33,889 nt of DNA from Burkholderiales bacterium (GCA_030834045.1 JAURFZ010000001.1:1-33889); one strand, 5' to 3'; positions 6,898-15,805 are shown, numbered from the stretch's first letter. The notes: generated by a model from the sequence alone, not told the origin. Numbers and translations: made by a program.

Positions 6898-9495
6898 ATG
6901 CACGCCGTAGTGATTGGATCGGGCTTTGGAGGCCTGGCGGCCGCCCTTCGTCTTTGTTGCAAGGGCTACCGTGTAACCGTGCTCGAGCGGCTTGAGGGCC
7001 CAGGGGGCAGGGCCTTTGTTTATAAACAGGACGGCTTCACCTATGACGCTGGGCCCACCATTATTACGGCCCCCTTTCTGTTTGAAGAACTCTGGGCCCT
7101 TTGTGGAAAGCGGTTCTCAGACGATGTTGACCTCCGGCCCATGTGGCCGTTCTACCGCATTCGGTTCGATGACGGCAGCCACTTTGACTATTTCGGCGAG
7201 ACCGAGGCCATGCGCCGGGAAATTACAAGGCTTGCCGGGGCCTCTGAAGTGGCAGGCTACGACGCCTTCATGCGCGAGGCCATGGTCTGTCTAAAGCTTG
7301 GCTATGAAGAACTCGGTACAACGTCTTTTGTAAGCCTGGTGGACCTTATTGCAGCTATGCCTTCTATGGTGCGTATGCAGGCCTGGAACACCATCTACAG
7401 CATGGCTCAGCGTCATTTTAAGAACGACAAACTGCGCCAGGTTTTTAGCTTTCATCCGCTTCTTATTGGCGGCAACCCGTTTGCGGTCACCCAGGTCTAC
7501 AGCCTTATCCCAGCTCTTGAGCGGGAGTACGGGGTGCATTCGGCTATGGGCGGTACGGGCGCCATTGTGCAGGCCCTTGCCCGCCTGGTTGAAGACCAGG
7601 GCGCGGCCATTCGCTATCAGGCCGAGGTGAGTCGCATTCTTCTAGAAGGCCGGCGTGCCGTGGGTGTGGAATTGGCCGATGGCGAGCAGATTCGCGCCGA
7701 TATTGTGGTCTCGAATGCCGACGCGGCCAACACCTACCGTAAGCTTTTACCCAATGCCGCGCGTCGTGTCTGGACGGACGCCAAGGTAGAGCGGGCCGCC
7801 TATTCCATGGGTCTTTTTGTCTGGTACTTCGGCACGCGTCGCCGATACGAAGACATACCGCATCACATGATTCTTCTGGGGCCTCGCTACAAGGGGCTGC
7901 TGCAAGATATCTTCAAGCGAAAGGTGCTCAGTAAAGACTTCAGCCTTTATCTGCATCGGCCAACGGCCACCGACCCTGCGCTCGCGCCCGAGGGCTGTGA
8001 CACCTTTTATGTATTGTCGCCCGTGCCGCATCTTGATGCCGATGTCGACTGGGTGCAGACCGCCGAGCCCTACAGGCAGGCCATTTCTGCCTACCTTGAG
8101 CAGTCGGTGTTGCCAGGGCTTTCGGCCGAGGTCTGCAGTTCAAAGATCATGACCCCACTCGATTTTGAGTCAAGGCTCTGGGCCTATAAAGGTGCGGCCT
8201 TTGGAATGGAGCCAAGGCTGACGCAAAGCGCATGGTTTCGGCCGCACAACCAGAATGAAGACATTGAGGCTCTCTACATGGTGGGGGCAGGCACCCATCC
8301 AGGCGCAGGAGTGCCGGGCGTTCTTAGCTCGGCCAAGGCCTTTGACAGCCTTATTAAGCCCGTGGGTCGGCCGAGCAACGGCAGGCGTCATTCAACGCCC
8401 TGGGTCTTGCCCACTTCCACCCCCACTGCAGCGGCGCAGCCTCAGGGCCAGGCGCACCACGCACGGGTATCGGAAGAGGAATTAATGCGTGGCGGGTCGA
8501 AGTCTTTCTTTGCGGCCTCAAGGCTTTTGCCTAAAACAGTTCGCAATGCCGCGGTCGATCTTTATGCCTACTGCCGCGTAGCCGACGATCGGGTGGATGA
8601 GTCCATGGCAAGTCCTCAGGTTATGCACGAGCTGCATAGCCGGCTAAACACCATTTATAAGGCCCAGTCGCCAGAAGGTCTGCCTATGGTGGACAAGGCG
8701 TTCTGGCGTGTGGTGAGTTGCTACAAAATTCCCAAGGCTGTTCCTCTGGCACTGCTTGAGGGCTTTGAATGGGACGCCCAGGGCCGCGTCTACGAGACCC
8801 TTGAGGATGTCTTTGACTACAGCGCACGGGTGGCAGGCGCCGTAGGCGCCATGATGGCCCTTGTGATGGGCGTGCGGGAGGCGCGGCCAATGGCCCGAGC
8901 CTGCGAGCTGGGTGTGGCCATGCAGCTCACCAACATTGCACGCGATGTTGGCGAAGATGCACGCATGGGACGGCTCTACCTTCCGCGTCAATGGATGCGC
9001 GAAGAGGGCATGGATCCGCAGGACTGGCTGGCTGCGCCTTCCTTTAACCCGGCACTAGCCCGCGTGGTCGAAAGGCTTTTGCAAGAGGCCGATGGCTTGT
9101 ATAAGCGCGCTGAAGAGGGCGTGGGCTTTTTGCCCCGGGCATGCAGGCCCGCCATTATGGCTGCCCGCCATATTTATTCCGACATAGGCCGCGAAATTGG
9201 CAAGGCCCGTTTCAACTCCATCGATCAGCGTGCTGTTGTAAGTTCCTCAAGAAAAATTCAACACCTCTTTCACTGCCTTCCCGCGGCCCTTATGGCGCCA
9301 CGCATGCCGCGCGGTCATAAGCCTCTTGCTGCAATTGCCTTTCTTGTCGAGGCCTCGGGCATTTCGATGCGCAGCCGACCGCCACGCACGGTGGCCGAGA
9401 AGGCAGGCTGGATGGTGGATTTATTCCTTACCCTTGCCGAGCGTGAGCGCCAGGAGAGACACGAACGCAGTCAACCACTTACTGGAGGACGATGA
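6898..9495 (+). CDS. crtIB: Fused phytoene desaturase (CrtI) - phytoene synthase (CrtB)
   Basis: First ~490 aa: GSGFGG, DAGPT, FHPLLIGGNP, GAGTHPGAGVPGV (CrtI). After a ~40-aa linker: GSKSF, YCRVADDRVD, MQLTNIARDVGED, GRLYLP (CrtB). No intervening stop. SD AAGGA. Confidence 0.92.
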   Translation: MHAVVIGSGFGGLAAALRLCCKGYRVTVLERLEGPGGRAFVYKQDGFTYDAGPTIITAPFLFEELWALCGKRFSDDVDLRPMWPFYRIRFDDGSHFDYFGETEAMRREITRLAGASEVAGYDAFMREAMVCLKLGYEELGTTSFVSLVDLIAAMPSMVRMQAWNTIYSMAQRHFKNDKLRQVFSFHPLLIGGNPFAVTQVYSLIPALEREYGVHSAMGGTGAIVQALARLVEDQGAAIRYQAEVSRILLEGRRAVGVELADGEQIRADIVVSNADAANTYRKLLPNAARRVWTDAKVERAAYSMGLFVWYFGTRRRYEDIPHHMILLGPRYKGLLQDIFKRKVLSKDFSLYLHRPTATDPALAPEGCDTFYVLSPVPHLDADVDWVQTAEPYRQAISAYLEQSVLPGLSAEVCSSKIMTPLDFESRLWAYKGAAFGMEPRLTQSAWFRPHNQNEDIEALYMVGAGTHPGAGVPGVLSSAKAFDSLIKPVGRPSNGRRHSTPWVLPTSTPTAAAQPQGQAHHARVSEEELMRGGSKSFFAASRLLPKTVRNAAVDLYAYCRVADDRVDESMASPQVMHELHSRLNTIYKAQSPEGLPMVDKAFWRVVSCYKIPKAVPLALLEGFEWDAQGRVYETLEDVFDYSARVAGAVGAMMALVMGVREARPMARACELGVAMQLTNIARDVGEDARMGRLYLPRQWMREEGMDPQDWLAAPSFNPALARVVERLLQEADGLYKRAEEGVGFLPRACRPAIMAARHIYSDIGREIGKARFNSIDQRAVVSSSRKIQHLFHCLPAALMAPRMPRGHKPLAAIAFLVEASGISMRSRPPRTVAEKAGWMVDLFLTLAERERQERHERSQPLTGGR

Positions 9496-9881
9496 TGAAA
9501 ACGCTTCTTATTTTTTCCCCCGCAAGAATGGGTCCTGAGTTTTTAAATTTGCTCTGCAGGCCACAGCCTGAGTTAAGGCGCATCATCACGTCCTTGGGCT
9601 TTTTTGTTGGCCTGGCTCTTGCGGGCAGTGCCCTTGCAGGTCCAAAGGCAGCCCATTGCAATGCCATTGAAGAAGATGACCAGCGGGCCCTTTGCAAGGC
9701 CTTGGCCACGAAGAGCGGCTTCTTTTGTTCGGCCATTGAAGATGAAAACCTCAAGGCAAACTGCTGGTCGCAGGCAAGTCGCGGAGCCTCGCACTGCAAG
9801 ATGGCGGTCTACGACACCGACTACCCGGTGATTGACCAGGTTCTTATGACCCAGTGCAAGGAACTCTCGCGCAAGTATTGA
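9492..9881 (+). CDS. Small exported cysteine-repeat hypothetical protein
   Basis: SD GGAGG (9484-9488) and ATGA overlap with the crtIB stop. Hydrophobic segment ending in SALA. Repeats CNAIEEDDQRALC and CSAIEDENLKANC plus a third degenerate Cys pair. Confidence 0.75.
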   Translation: MMKTLLIFSPARMGPEFLNLLCRPQPELRRIITSLGFFVGLALAGSALAGPKAAHCNAIEEDDQRALCKALATKSGFFCSAIEDENLKANCWSQASRGASHCKMAVYDTDYPVIDQVLMTQCKELSRKY

Positions 9882-9883
9882 CC

Positions 9884-11167
9884 TTAGGTTCGTCGGGGCA
9901 TACGCCAGGGAAGCATCAGCCGAACAAGTTTTGATCGAACCCGTGGCAAGAAAAGTGTCTCGTGCATGGCCTTCACCTCTTGCCCTAAAAGCGTCTGACG
10001 CACCACCGAGCGCATGTAAAACGGTGTGTCCTCAAGGGTCTGCAGAAGTCCTGCTGCCGGGGCCTTCGGGTCCGACCGTATTGAACGGCCAACTCCCCAG
10101 ATTCCCTTTGTTAAGGGCTGGCGCGGGCCAAGCTCAAAGGGCTCAACCTCCCCATTTGTTTTGAACCTTGCAGTAATGAGCCGAGAGCTCTGGTCGTTGG
10201 AATAGTGCACGGTACGGTCGTGCAACTGGTTGAACTCAGCGGCTCGCGCCGAGGGCTTGCCCTGTCGGTCGCGGACATCGTAAATAACGGCTGTACTGCC
10301 ATCGCGCAAAAGCGCGCGCGACCAGTCCCATTCGTGAAAGGGCGCCTCGATGGGCTCATCGCCCTCGTTGGAGTCCAGATAGGCATGGCCCGACCATTTA
10401 AGACCCGGCAGGGGGAAGTCCACCTCGATACGCGCCGAGGGCGCAAGCGGCCCCCAGCGGTGCCTGCCTTGGGCATCGATGACCTGCTGGTAATGAAAGA
10501 ACTGATCGGCGCGAATACGCATCTGGCCCTTGACCTTCATAGGCACGGGTACCGACCATTCGTTAATGTCAATGACCAGTTCATCACCCGTCCAGCGCAA
10601 CTGGCTTGGGCCCACGGTGAACTCGGTGCTTGAGCGGTGCAGAAAACGCCGGCCGCGCTCGGTCATGGTCCAGCGTTTTTTTCCTTTGGAATAAAGCGCC
10701 AGGTTAATGCAGACATGGTTTTCGGGGTCACTGGTCTGAGGCCGCGCCCTTGCCCAGTGGTAGTAGCTTGAAAAGACACTGCCTACAAAGGCAATCATGG
10801 TGATGCCATGTTCACCGTCGTCGCTTAGCCCATCGACATACCACCAGAGATAACCACCCGCTGGGACTTTCTGGTCGAATCGAGGTGTGCCATCAGGGCT
10901 GCGGCCGCCAGTCGGCCCGAGAGGCTCGCCATGGGAACCCCCGCTCCCGGGTGCACGCTGCCCCCCGCCAGGAAGAGCCCCGGCACTGGTGTTCGGTTCG
11001 TGGGCCTCTGAAAGGAGGACATCCATCCGTGGGGGGCCATTCCATAGAGAGCCCCCGCGGAGGCAGGAAACATCTGGTGAAAGTCTTGCGGCCGGCCAAC
11101 CTGCACGGCCTGGGGCTCCACCGTAAGACCCACCTGTTGCAGCTGGGCCAAGACGCGTTTCTGACAT
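9884..11167 (-). CDS. crtC: Carotenoid 1,2-hydratase (hydroxyneurosporene synthase)
   Basis: PRFDQKVPAGGYLWWYVDGLSDDG, WTMTERG, HRWGPLAP, YLDSNEGDEP, WDWSRA, LEDTPFY. The start is uncertain; ATG 11167 has SD GAGGA. Confidence 0.92.
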   Translation of the reverse strand: MSETRLGPAATGGSYGGAPGRAGWPAARLSPDVSCLRGGSLWNGPPRMDVLLSEAHEPNTSAGALPGGGQRAPGSGGSHGEPLGPTGGRSPDGTPRFDQKVPAGGYLWWYVDGLSDDGEHGITMIAFVGSVFSSYYHWARARPQTSDPENHVCINLALYSKGKKRWTMTERGRRFLHRSSTEFTVGPSQLRWTGDELVIDINEWSVPVPMKVKGQMRIRADQFFHYQQVIDAQGRHRWGPLAPSARIEVDFPLPGLKWSGHAYLDSNEGDEPIEAPFHEWDWSRALLRDGSTAVIYDVRDRQGKPSARAAEFNQLHDRTVHYSNDQSSRLITARFKTNGEVEPFELGPRQPLTKGIWGVGRSIRSDPKAPAAGLLQTLEDTPFYMRSVVRQTLLGQEVKAMHETLFLPRVRSKLVRLMLPWRMPRRT

Positions 11168-12426
11168 ACGCTGATTTCCTCTTCGAGAAGGGTCTGACGG
11201 TCTGCGCGTGCGGGCGCGTTAATAAGCATAAAGAGTCGCTCTGGCTCGGGCTCCGCCCCATGCACAGGCCTGTCTTCATGGTGTTGTGTCTGTGGCTGTT
11301 CGGCCGCGCTGGAGCGGGTTGGACCAAAAGGCCCACGGTCGTGGGCGCAGATGTAGACCGTGGGCCTTGCCGGCAGCCTGCCTTCGGAAAAGACAGACTG
11401 GAACTCGTCTTCGTAGGGTGTCTTCTGAAAGACAACATTGTGGAGGTCCAAGGCCATGCCCTGGGTGCGGGCCACCATGGAAAAGGTAAGGGCGGACAAG
11501 GACCTTGGGTAGAGTCCTCCGGTACTTGGCACAGCCGCCTTCGCTGGACTTCCCAGTAAACCCTGATGCAAGGCGGCCGCCTCGCCGTTAAAAATCACGG
11601 CATCGGCCAAGAGCCTTTGGCCGTTGCTAAGCTCCACGCCATTCGCGCGTCCTTGCTCGATAAGAATTTCGTTTACCTTTGCATTGCATTGAATGTCCAC
11701 ACCAAGCTTTTGCGCCGCCCGGGCAAGCCCCAGGGCCAGGGCCTTGATGCCGCCGCGTGCGGCCCAGACGCCACGCTGCTCGACATAGGCAATAAGCATA
11801 AGCGTGGCCGGTGCCTGCCATGGTGAACCCCCGCAGTAGGTGGCATAGCGGGCAAAGAGTTGTCGAAGCCGCGGGTCGTGGAAGTATCGGCCCAGACTTT
11901 TCCAAAGGCTTGCAAAAGGCCCAAGCCCCGCCAAGAGGCTTAGGCCGCGAAGACCAATGTCTTGGCTCATTGAGCTCATGGTTGGTCGCTCGGCGCGAAT
12001 GTAGGCCGCCTCAAGGGCATGGTAGACACGCCGGGCCTCTTGGCTAAAGGCCCGAAAACGAACGGCCTCTGCGGGCCCTGAAAACTCCGCAATGGCATCG
12101 GCCGATGCGGCCTCGTCGGCAAAAAGGTCGAGCCGCTCCTTGCCTGACCAGGCATGGCGGGCGATGACGGGCAGGGGCTTGAGTTCAACAAAATCCTCAA
12201 GTCTTAAGCCTACGCCGCCAAGCAGGTCTTCAAAGACCCAGCGCATTGTGATGACGGTGGGGCCGGAATCCATGGCCTGGCCGGCAACAATTTTCTGATG
12301 GTTTTTACCGCCAACCTGCGCATCTTTCTCAAGCAGGGTGACGCGCACTCCTTGGCCGGCGAGGTCGATTGCAGCAGCAAGGCCAGCCATACCTGCCCCT
12401 ACAATAACAACCCGGCGTTCAGCCAC
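10825..12426 (-). CDS. crtD: 1-hydroxycarotenoid 3,4-desaturase
   Basis: GAGMAG, DSGPTVITMRWVF, LFARYATYCG.SP, GGSVHPGAGVPMA.LSG, C-terminal GGMSMG. Start reassigned to GTG 12426, overlapping the crtA stop. Confidence 0.93.
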   Translation of the reverse strand: MAERRVVIVGAGMAGLAAAIDLAGQGVRVTLLEKDAQVGGKNHQKIVAGQAMDSGPTVITMRWVFEDLLGGVGLRLEDFVELKPLPVIARHAWSGKERLDLFADEAASADAIAEFSGPAEAVRFRAFSQEARRVYHALEAAYIRAERPTMSSMSQDIGLRGLSLLAGLGPFASLWKSLGRYFHDPRLRQLFARYATYCGGSPWQAPATLMLIAYVEQRGVWAARGGIKALALGLARAAQKLGVDIQCNAKVNEILIEQGRANGVELSNGQRLLADAVIFNGEAAALHQGLLGSPAKAAVPSTGGLYPRSLSALTFSMVARTQGMALDLHNVVFQKTPYEDEFQSVFSEGRLPARPTVYICAHDRGPFGPTRSSAAEQPQTQHHEDRPVHGAEPEPERLFMLINAPARADRQTLLEEEISVCQKRVLAQLQQVGLTVEPQAVQVGRPQDFHQMFPASAGALYGMAPHGWMSSFQRPTNRTPVPGLFLAGGSVHPGAGVPMASLSGRLAAAALMAHLDSTRKSQRVVISGGMSMG

Positions 12427-13216
12427 TGTGGGGTGCCTGCTGAAGGTAGGCCTGACCCAGGCCAGGCTGCCTGAGAAAGCGCTGACCCTGCCACTGGCCT
12501 TCGAGCCGCAGAGGATGAAATCGAACGAACATAGACTCGGAGAAAAACTTCTGGCCATAGGCCGCCTGAATGGCGCGCTGATGGGCGCCACTGTGGGCAT
12601 AGGCGTCCATGGCGGCCTGGTCTTTCCAAAGGCTGAATGTGGCCTGTCGCAAAAGCGGGGCCTCGCCAAGACCTACAGCAAGAAGGCAGCCCTGAGCCTT
12701 CGCAAGGTCGTCTTCGGCATCGGGGGATTGGGCCCAGAACCTGCGCGCTTTCAGGGGTCGAATACTTGCTCGGGTAAGGGACGCAACGGAGCATTCAAGG
12801 CCTGGCTTTGAAGGAAGTTGTGGTGCTTTTTCCAATGTCTGCGACTGCTCAACGGTATCGACAGCCTTGTGCTGCTCGGGCGGCTCGAGCTGAAAGCCCG
12901 ACCACTGGCCGCGGCAGGAGACTGGACTGAGCAGAGCAGCGAAGAACTCCTCGGAGCGATCCTGATAAGCCTTGACCTGCGGCGCATTTTCTAAAAAGTT
13001 ATTGGCCGCCTCAGGATTATTGAAAGCGGTAAAGAGGCCTTGATGGTCAAGACCGGGCTTGAGCCCAAAGCCCCCGTGCTCGCCGCTTCCCAAGACCTTC
13101 TGAAAGACCAGCCCAGGCCAGGCGGCGGGCCCAAAGGCAGACATAACCAGTCGAGAGACTGCCCAGCCCACAGCGGAGGGCTGAAGCCGTGATAAAACAA
13201 CCACCACCGTGTGCAC
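12419..13216 (-). CDS. crtA: Spheroidene monooxygenase
   Basis: KVLGSG..GGF, ASLTRASIRP, GLGEAPLLRQATFSLW, AHQRAI, ESMFVRF. GTG start with SD GAGGA. Confidence 0.9.
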   Translation of the reverse strand: MHTVVVVLSRLQPSAVGWAVSRLVMSAFGPAAWPGLVFQKVLGSGEHGGFGLKPGLDHQGLFTAFNNPEAANNFLENAPQVKAYQDRSEEFFAALLSPVSCRGQWSGFQLEPPEQHKAVDTVEQSQTLEKAPQLPSKPGLECSVASLTRASIRPLKARRFWAQSPDAEDDLAKAQGCLLAVGLGEAPLLRQATFSLWKDQAAMDAYAHSGAHQRAIQAAYGQKFFSESMFVRFHPLRLEGQWQGQRFLRQPGLGQAYLQQAPHSG

Positions 13217-13221
13217 GGGGC

Positions 13222-14622
13222 TTAATCCTCGTCGGAGTCGGGCCCCTCGATGCCGTAACGACGCAGCTTGACGTAGAGGCTCTGTCGAGAAAGACCAAGC
13301 ATGTCAGCAGCCGAGGCTCGGTTGTTTTTGGTGATTTTCAATGCGGCTTCGATGCAGAGTTTTTCAATGAGGTCGACCGTTTCGCCCACAATTTCGCGCA
13401 GCGGCATACGGCCCACAAGGCCGGTGAGGTCCTGGTTCGAGCGCGGCCGCGAGGCCTGGTCGAGCCTGCCCTCAAGCCGTCGGCCCACGTCGCGAATGAC
13501 AAAGGCCAGAAAGGGCTGGTCGTCGCTTTCAACAGAGATGCCTGAAATTTCAACCGGCACCACAAGCCCGGCATGGCCGATGAGCTGGGTTGAGAAAAGC
13601 CTTACGGGACCACCCTGTGAGAGGCTGTTAGTCATAACAAGAAGGTCGGTATTGGCGCGTCCTAGCCAATGGTTCAGAGGCTCGCCAATGACCTGGCCTG
13701 CGTGGACCATTTGAATCATTTCAACAAAGGCAGGGTTGGCACTTCGAATAATGCCTTTGGTGTCGGTTAAGACCAGTCCATCACTAAACTGACGCACGGC
13801 CTCAAGCAGCGCTGTGTCCTCCCCGGGATGCGGCTTTTCGGAATCGATACGCACCATGAAGACCGTGTCGGACTCTTGCCGAAGGTAGCTTACGAGAACC
13901 CTGGCCGAGCCCTCGTGCTTAACAAACCGCAGGCTGACCTCGGCGGGTCTGCCTGAACTTGCTACCTGTTGAAGGGTGCTGTGCAAGGCCGAGGTTGCGC
14001 GGTCGGACAAGAAGGCCTCAATGGCCTCGCCAATAATGGACTGACGGTCTTTCTGAAGGTACTGTCCGCCGGCACGGTTGGCTTCGATAATTTGATGAGA
14101 ACGCGCGCTAATAAGCAACACCGGATCGTGGACGAGATCGAAGAGCATTCGAAACTGCCCCTCCACACCGCGAAGTCGCAGATAGTCGCGCTCCATAAGC
14201 TGCTGGGCTTCCACCAGCCTTGCCTGCAGCGAGGCAACAGGCCGAAGGTCGCGACCAATGGCCACCATCTGCCCCTCTTTGCCGATGCGAACAAGGGAAA
14301 AGAGGATAGGTATTTCTTCGTCTTGTTCGCTGAGTTGGTTAATGTGCCGCCAGCGGGCATCAGGCTTTCCAGCCTGTGCTTCGCGCAGCATTTCTTCAAT
14401 TTTGGGGCGGCTCTCCGAGGTAACTACATTCGCCCAGGCCTTGCCTACCCAGCCTTGCGCGCGACTGGGCTGCCAGTCGGTGCTGCCTGTAATGGCCTGG
14501 CGAATCACGCCCTGGGCGTCGATGACCAAGGTAATGTCGGCCGCGGCTGTAACAAGTGCAGCACTCTCGTCAGCATCAAGACCCGCAAGTCCCTTGCCTT
14601 TAGATTGTTCGTTGTAGCCCAA
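13222..14622 (-). CDS. ppsR: Photosynthesis repressor PpsR (PAS domains plus Fis-type HTH)
   Basis: AAADITLVID, VTSESRPKI, LVEAQQLMERDY, IEKLCIEAAL..NNRASAADMLGLSRQSLYVKLRRYG. TTG start uncertain. Confidence 0.95.
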   Translation of the reverse strand: MGYNEQSKGKGLAGLDADESAALVTAAADITLVIDAQGVIRQAITGSTDWQPSRAQGWVGKAWANVVTSESRPKIEEMLREAQAGKPDARWRHINQLSEQDEEIPILFSLVRIGKEGQMVAIGRDLRPVASLQARLVEAQQLMERDYLRLRGVEGQFRMLFDLVHDPVLLISARSHQIIEANRAGGQYLQKDRQSIIGEAIEAFLSDRATSALHSTLQQVASSGRPAEVSLRFVKHEGSARVLVSYLRQESDTVFMVRIDSEKPHPGEDTALLEAVRQFSDGLVLTDTKGIIRSANPAFVEMIQMVHAGQVIGEPLNHWLGRANTDLLVMTNSLSQGGPVRLFSTQLIGHAGLVVPVEISGISVESDDQPFLAFVIRDVGRRLEGRLDQASRPRSNQDLTGLVGRMPLREIVGETVDLIEKLCIEAALKITKNNRASAADMLGLSRQSLYVKLRRYGIEGPDSDED

Positions 14623-14637
14623 GGCTTGTTGTCTTTG

Positions 14638-15672
14638 CTAGGAGTTGGTAATTGTTTTGGAGGGGCCGTTTGGGTTTAAACGGCTACGAAGCATTGAGAC
14701 GGCTTTTTCAACGGCGAGATCGGCGTCACCGACAAGTAGGTCGGCCTTGGCCTGATCGGCGAGCTCTGGGAAAGCAACAAGGGCCGGGCCTCCGAGCATG
14801 ACGAGAGGGGCTTGTTTGAGTTTGATGGCTCGTACCCTTTGTATGAAGCGTGCCACCTGCTTGATGTCTGCCTCGCTGGCAACCGAGAGCCCTACGACAT
14901 CGGGTGAAAGCCGGTGAATTTCGCCAAGCAGGTCGATGTCCGATTTCGATTCGAGCATGAAGCAGTCCCAGCCGCCCCGTGCGAAAAAACTGTTCACCAT
15001 TTGCAGCCCAAGTCGATGCTGGGAGCCGGGCAGGGTGGCTAACGCAATGCTTGGAATGGGCTGGCCGGGCTCAAAAACGCGGGACTCGTTCTGCGGTACA
15101 GTTTGCTGAACCTCAAGCCGTAGGTCGTTCAGAATTTGCTGAAGCCGCCACAGCCCAATGGTGACCCCTGCAAAATCGCAGCGATCGGTCATCCACCCCT
15201 CGCCCATGCATCGCGCTGCGGGCTGAATGAGACCAAGCATCACGGCCTCTGGTGAAAGGTCTTCTTCGCGCCGTAGGTCGTGAATAAGCTGCCAACAGCC
15301 GCCAGCATTGTTGTCCATGGCCATCTCAGCCAAGGCCTTAGCCGCAGTCTGCAGGTCAGGAAAGCGAGCGTCAGCCTCGGGTGCTTGGGCACCAAGACTG
15401 CAGCCTTGTCTGGGTTTTACTCGGGCCGATGGCGCCGGGGTAGGGGTTTCCGATAAGACCAATTGGGGAATGACCTGATGGGTCAACACCTCAAGTACCG
15501 CATTGGCTTCGAGTTCGATGGTCGCTGTCTCCTGACCACGGAGGTACGACCGACGTAAGTACGGCTCGTTCATGGCGACTCTCCCTGCAGCATTTGCACG
15601 GTATGCGGCCTGGCCCGATGCGGGTGGTTCGCTTCCTTGCTTGTTGATGGCTGCGTCTATTTGTGAATTCAT
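14638..15672 (-). CDS. ppaA: Cobalamin-binding antirepressor PpaA/AerR
   Basis: PAAR.MG..W..D..DFA.VTIGL.RLQ, PGSQHRLG, VVGLSV, VMLGG; immediately upstream of ppsR. Confidence 0.9.
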   Translation of the reverse strand: MNSQIDAAINKQGSEPPASGQAAYRANAAGRVAMNEPYLRRSYLRGQETATIELEANAVLEVLTHQVIPQLVLSETPTPAPSARVKPRQGCSLGAQAPEADARFPDLQTAAKALAEMAMDNNAGGCWQLIHDLRREEDLSPEAVMLGLIQPAARCMGEGWMTDRCDFAGVTIGLWRLQQILNDLRLEVQQTVPQNESRVFEPGQPIPSIALATLPGSQHRLGLQMVNSFFARGGWDCFMLESKSDIDLLGEIHRLSPDVVGLSVASEADIKQVARFIQRVRAIKLKQAPLVMLGGPALVAFPELADQAKADLLVGDADLAVEKAVSMLRSRLNPNGPSKTITNS

Positions 15673-15764
15673 GATCCTCCTGACTATCGCCTTTGTCGAG
15701 AAGTTTTATCGAGGTTTTGTCTAGGACTATCCGTGACATTGTCAGAGATGTCAATTAAATTTGA

Positions 15765-15805
15765 TGTCTCGTTTGGTTGACATTCTAAGGACCCGAGCCT
15801 AGAGT
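15765..15805 (+). promoter_or_regulatory. PpsR site overlapping the -35 of the bchF promoter
   Basis: Perfect TGT-N12-ACA at 15765-15782; TTGACA (15777-15782)-N17-TAGAGT (15800-15805). Confidence 0.85.

Noticed and set aside
8255-8485. 76-aa alternative-frame ORF as an independent gene
   Set aside because: It overlaps the conserved CrtI C-terminus and has no recognisable features; only its stop position is of interest.
10885-11559. Long antisense ORFs (also 13969-14679, 17762-18385, 19382-20089, 31957-32565)
   Set aside because: Expected opposite GC-rich genes; no motifs.
15761-15774. FNR box in the ppaA/bchF spacer
   Set aside because: Only the TTGAT half-site is present; no ATCAA at N4.
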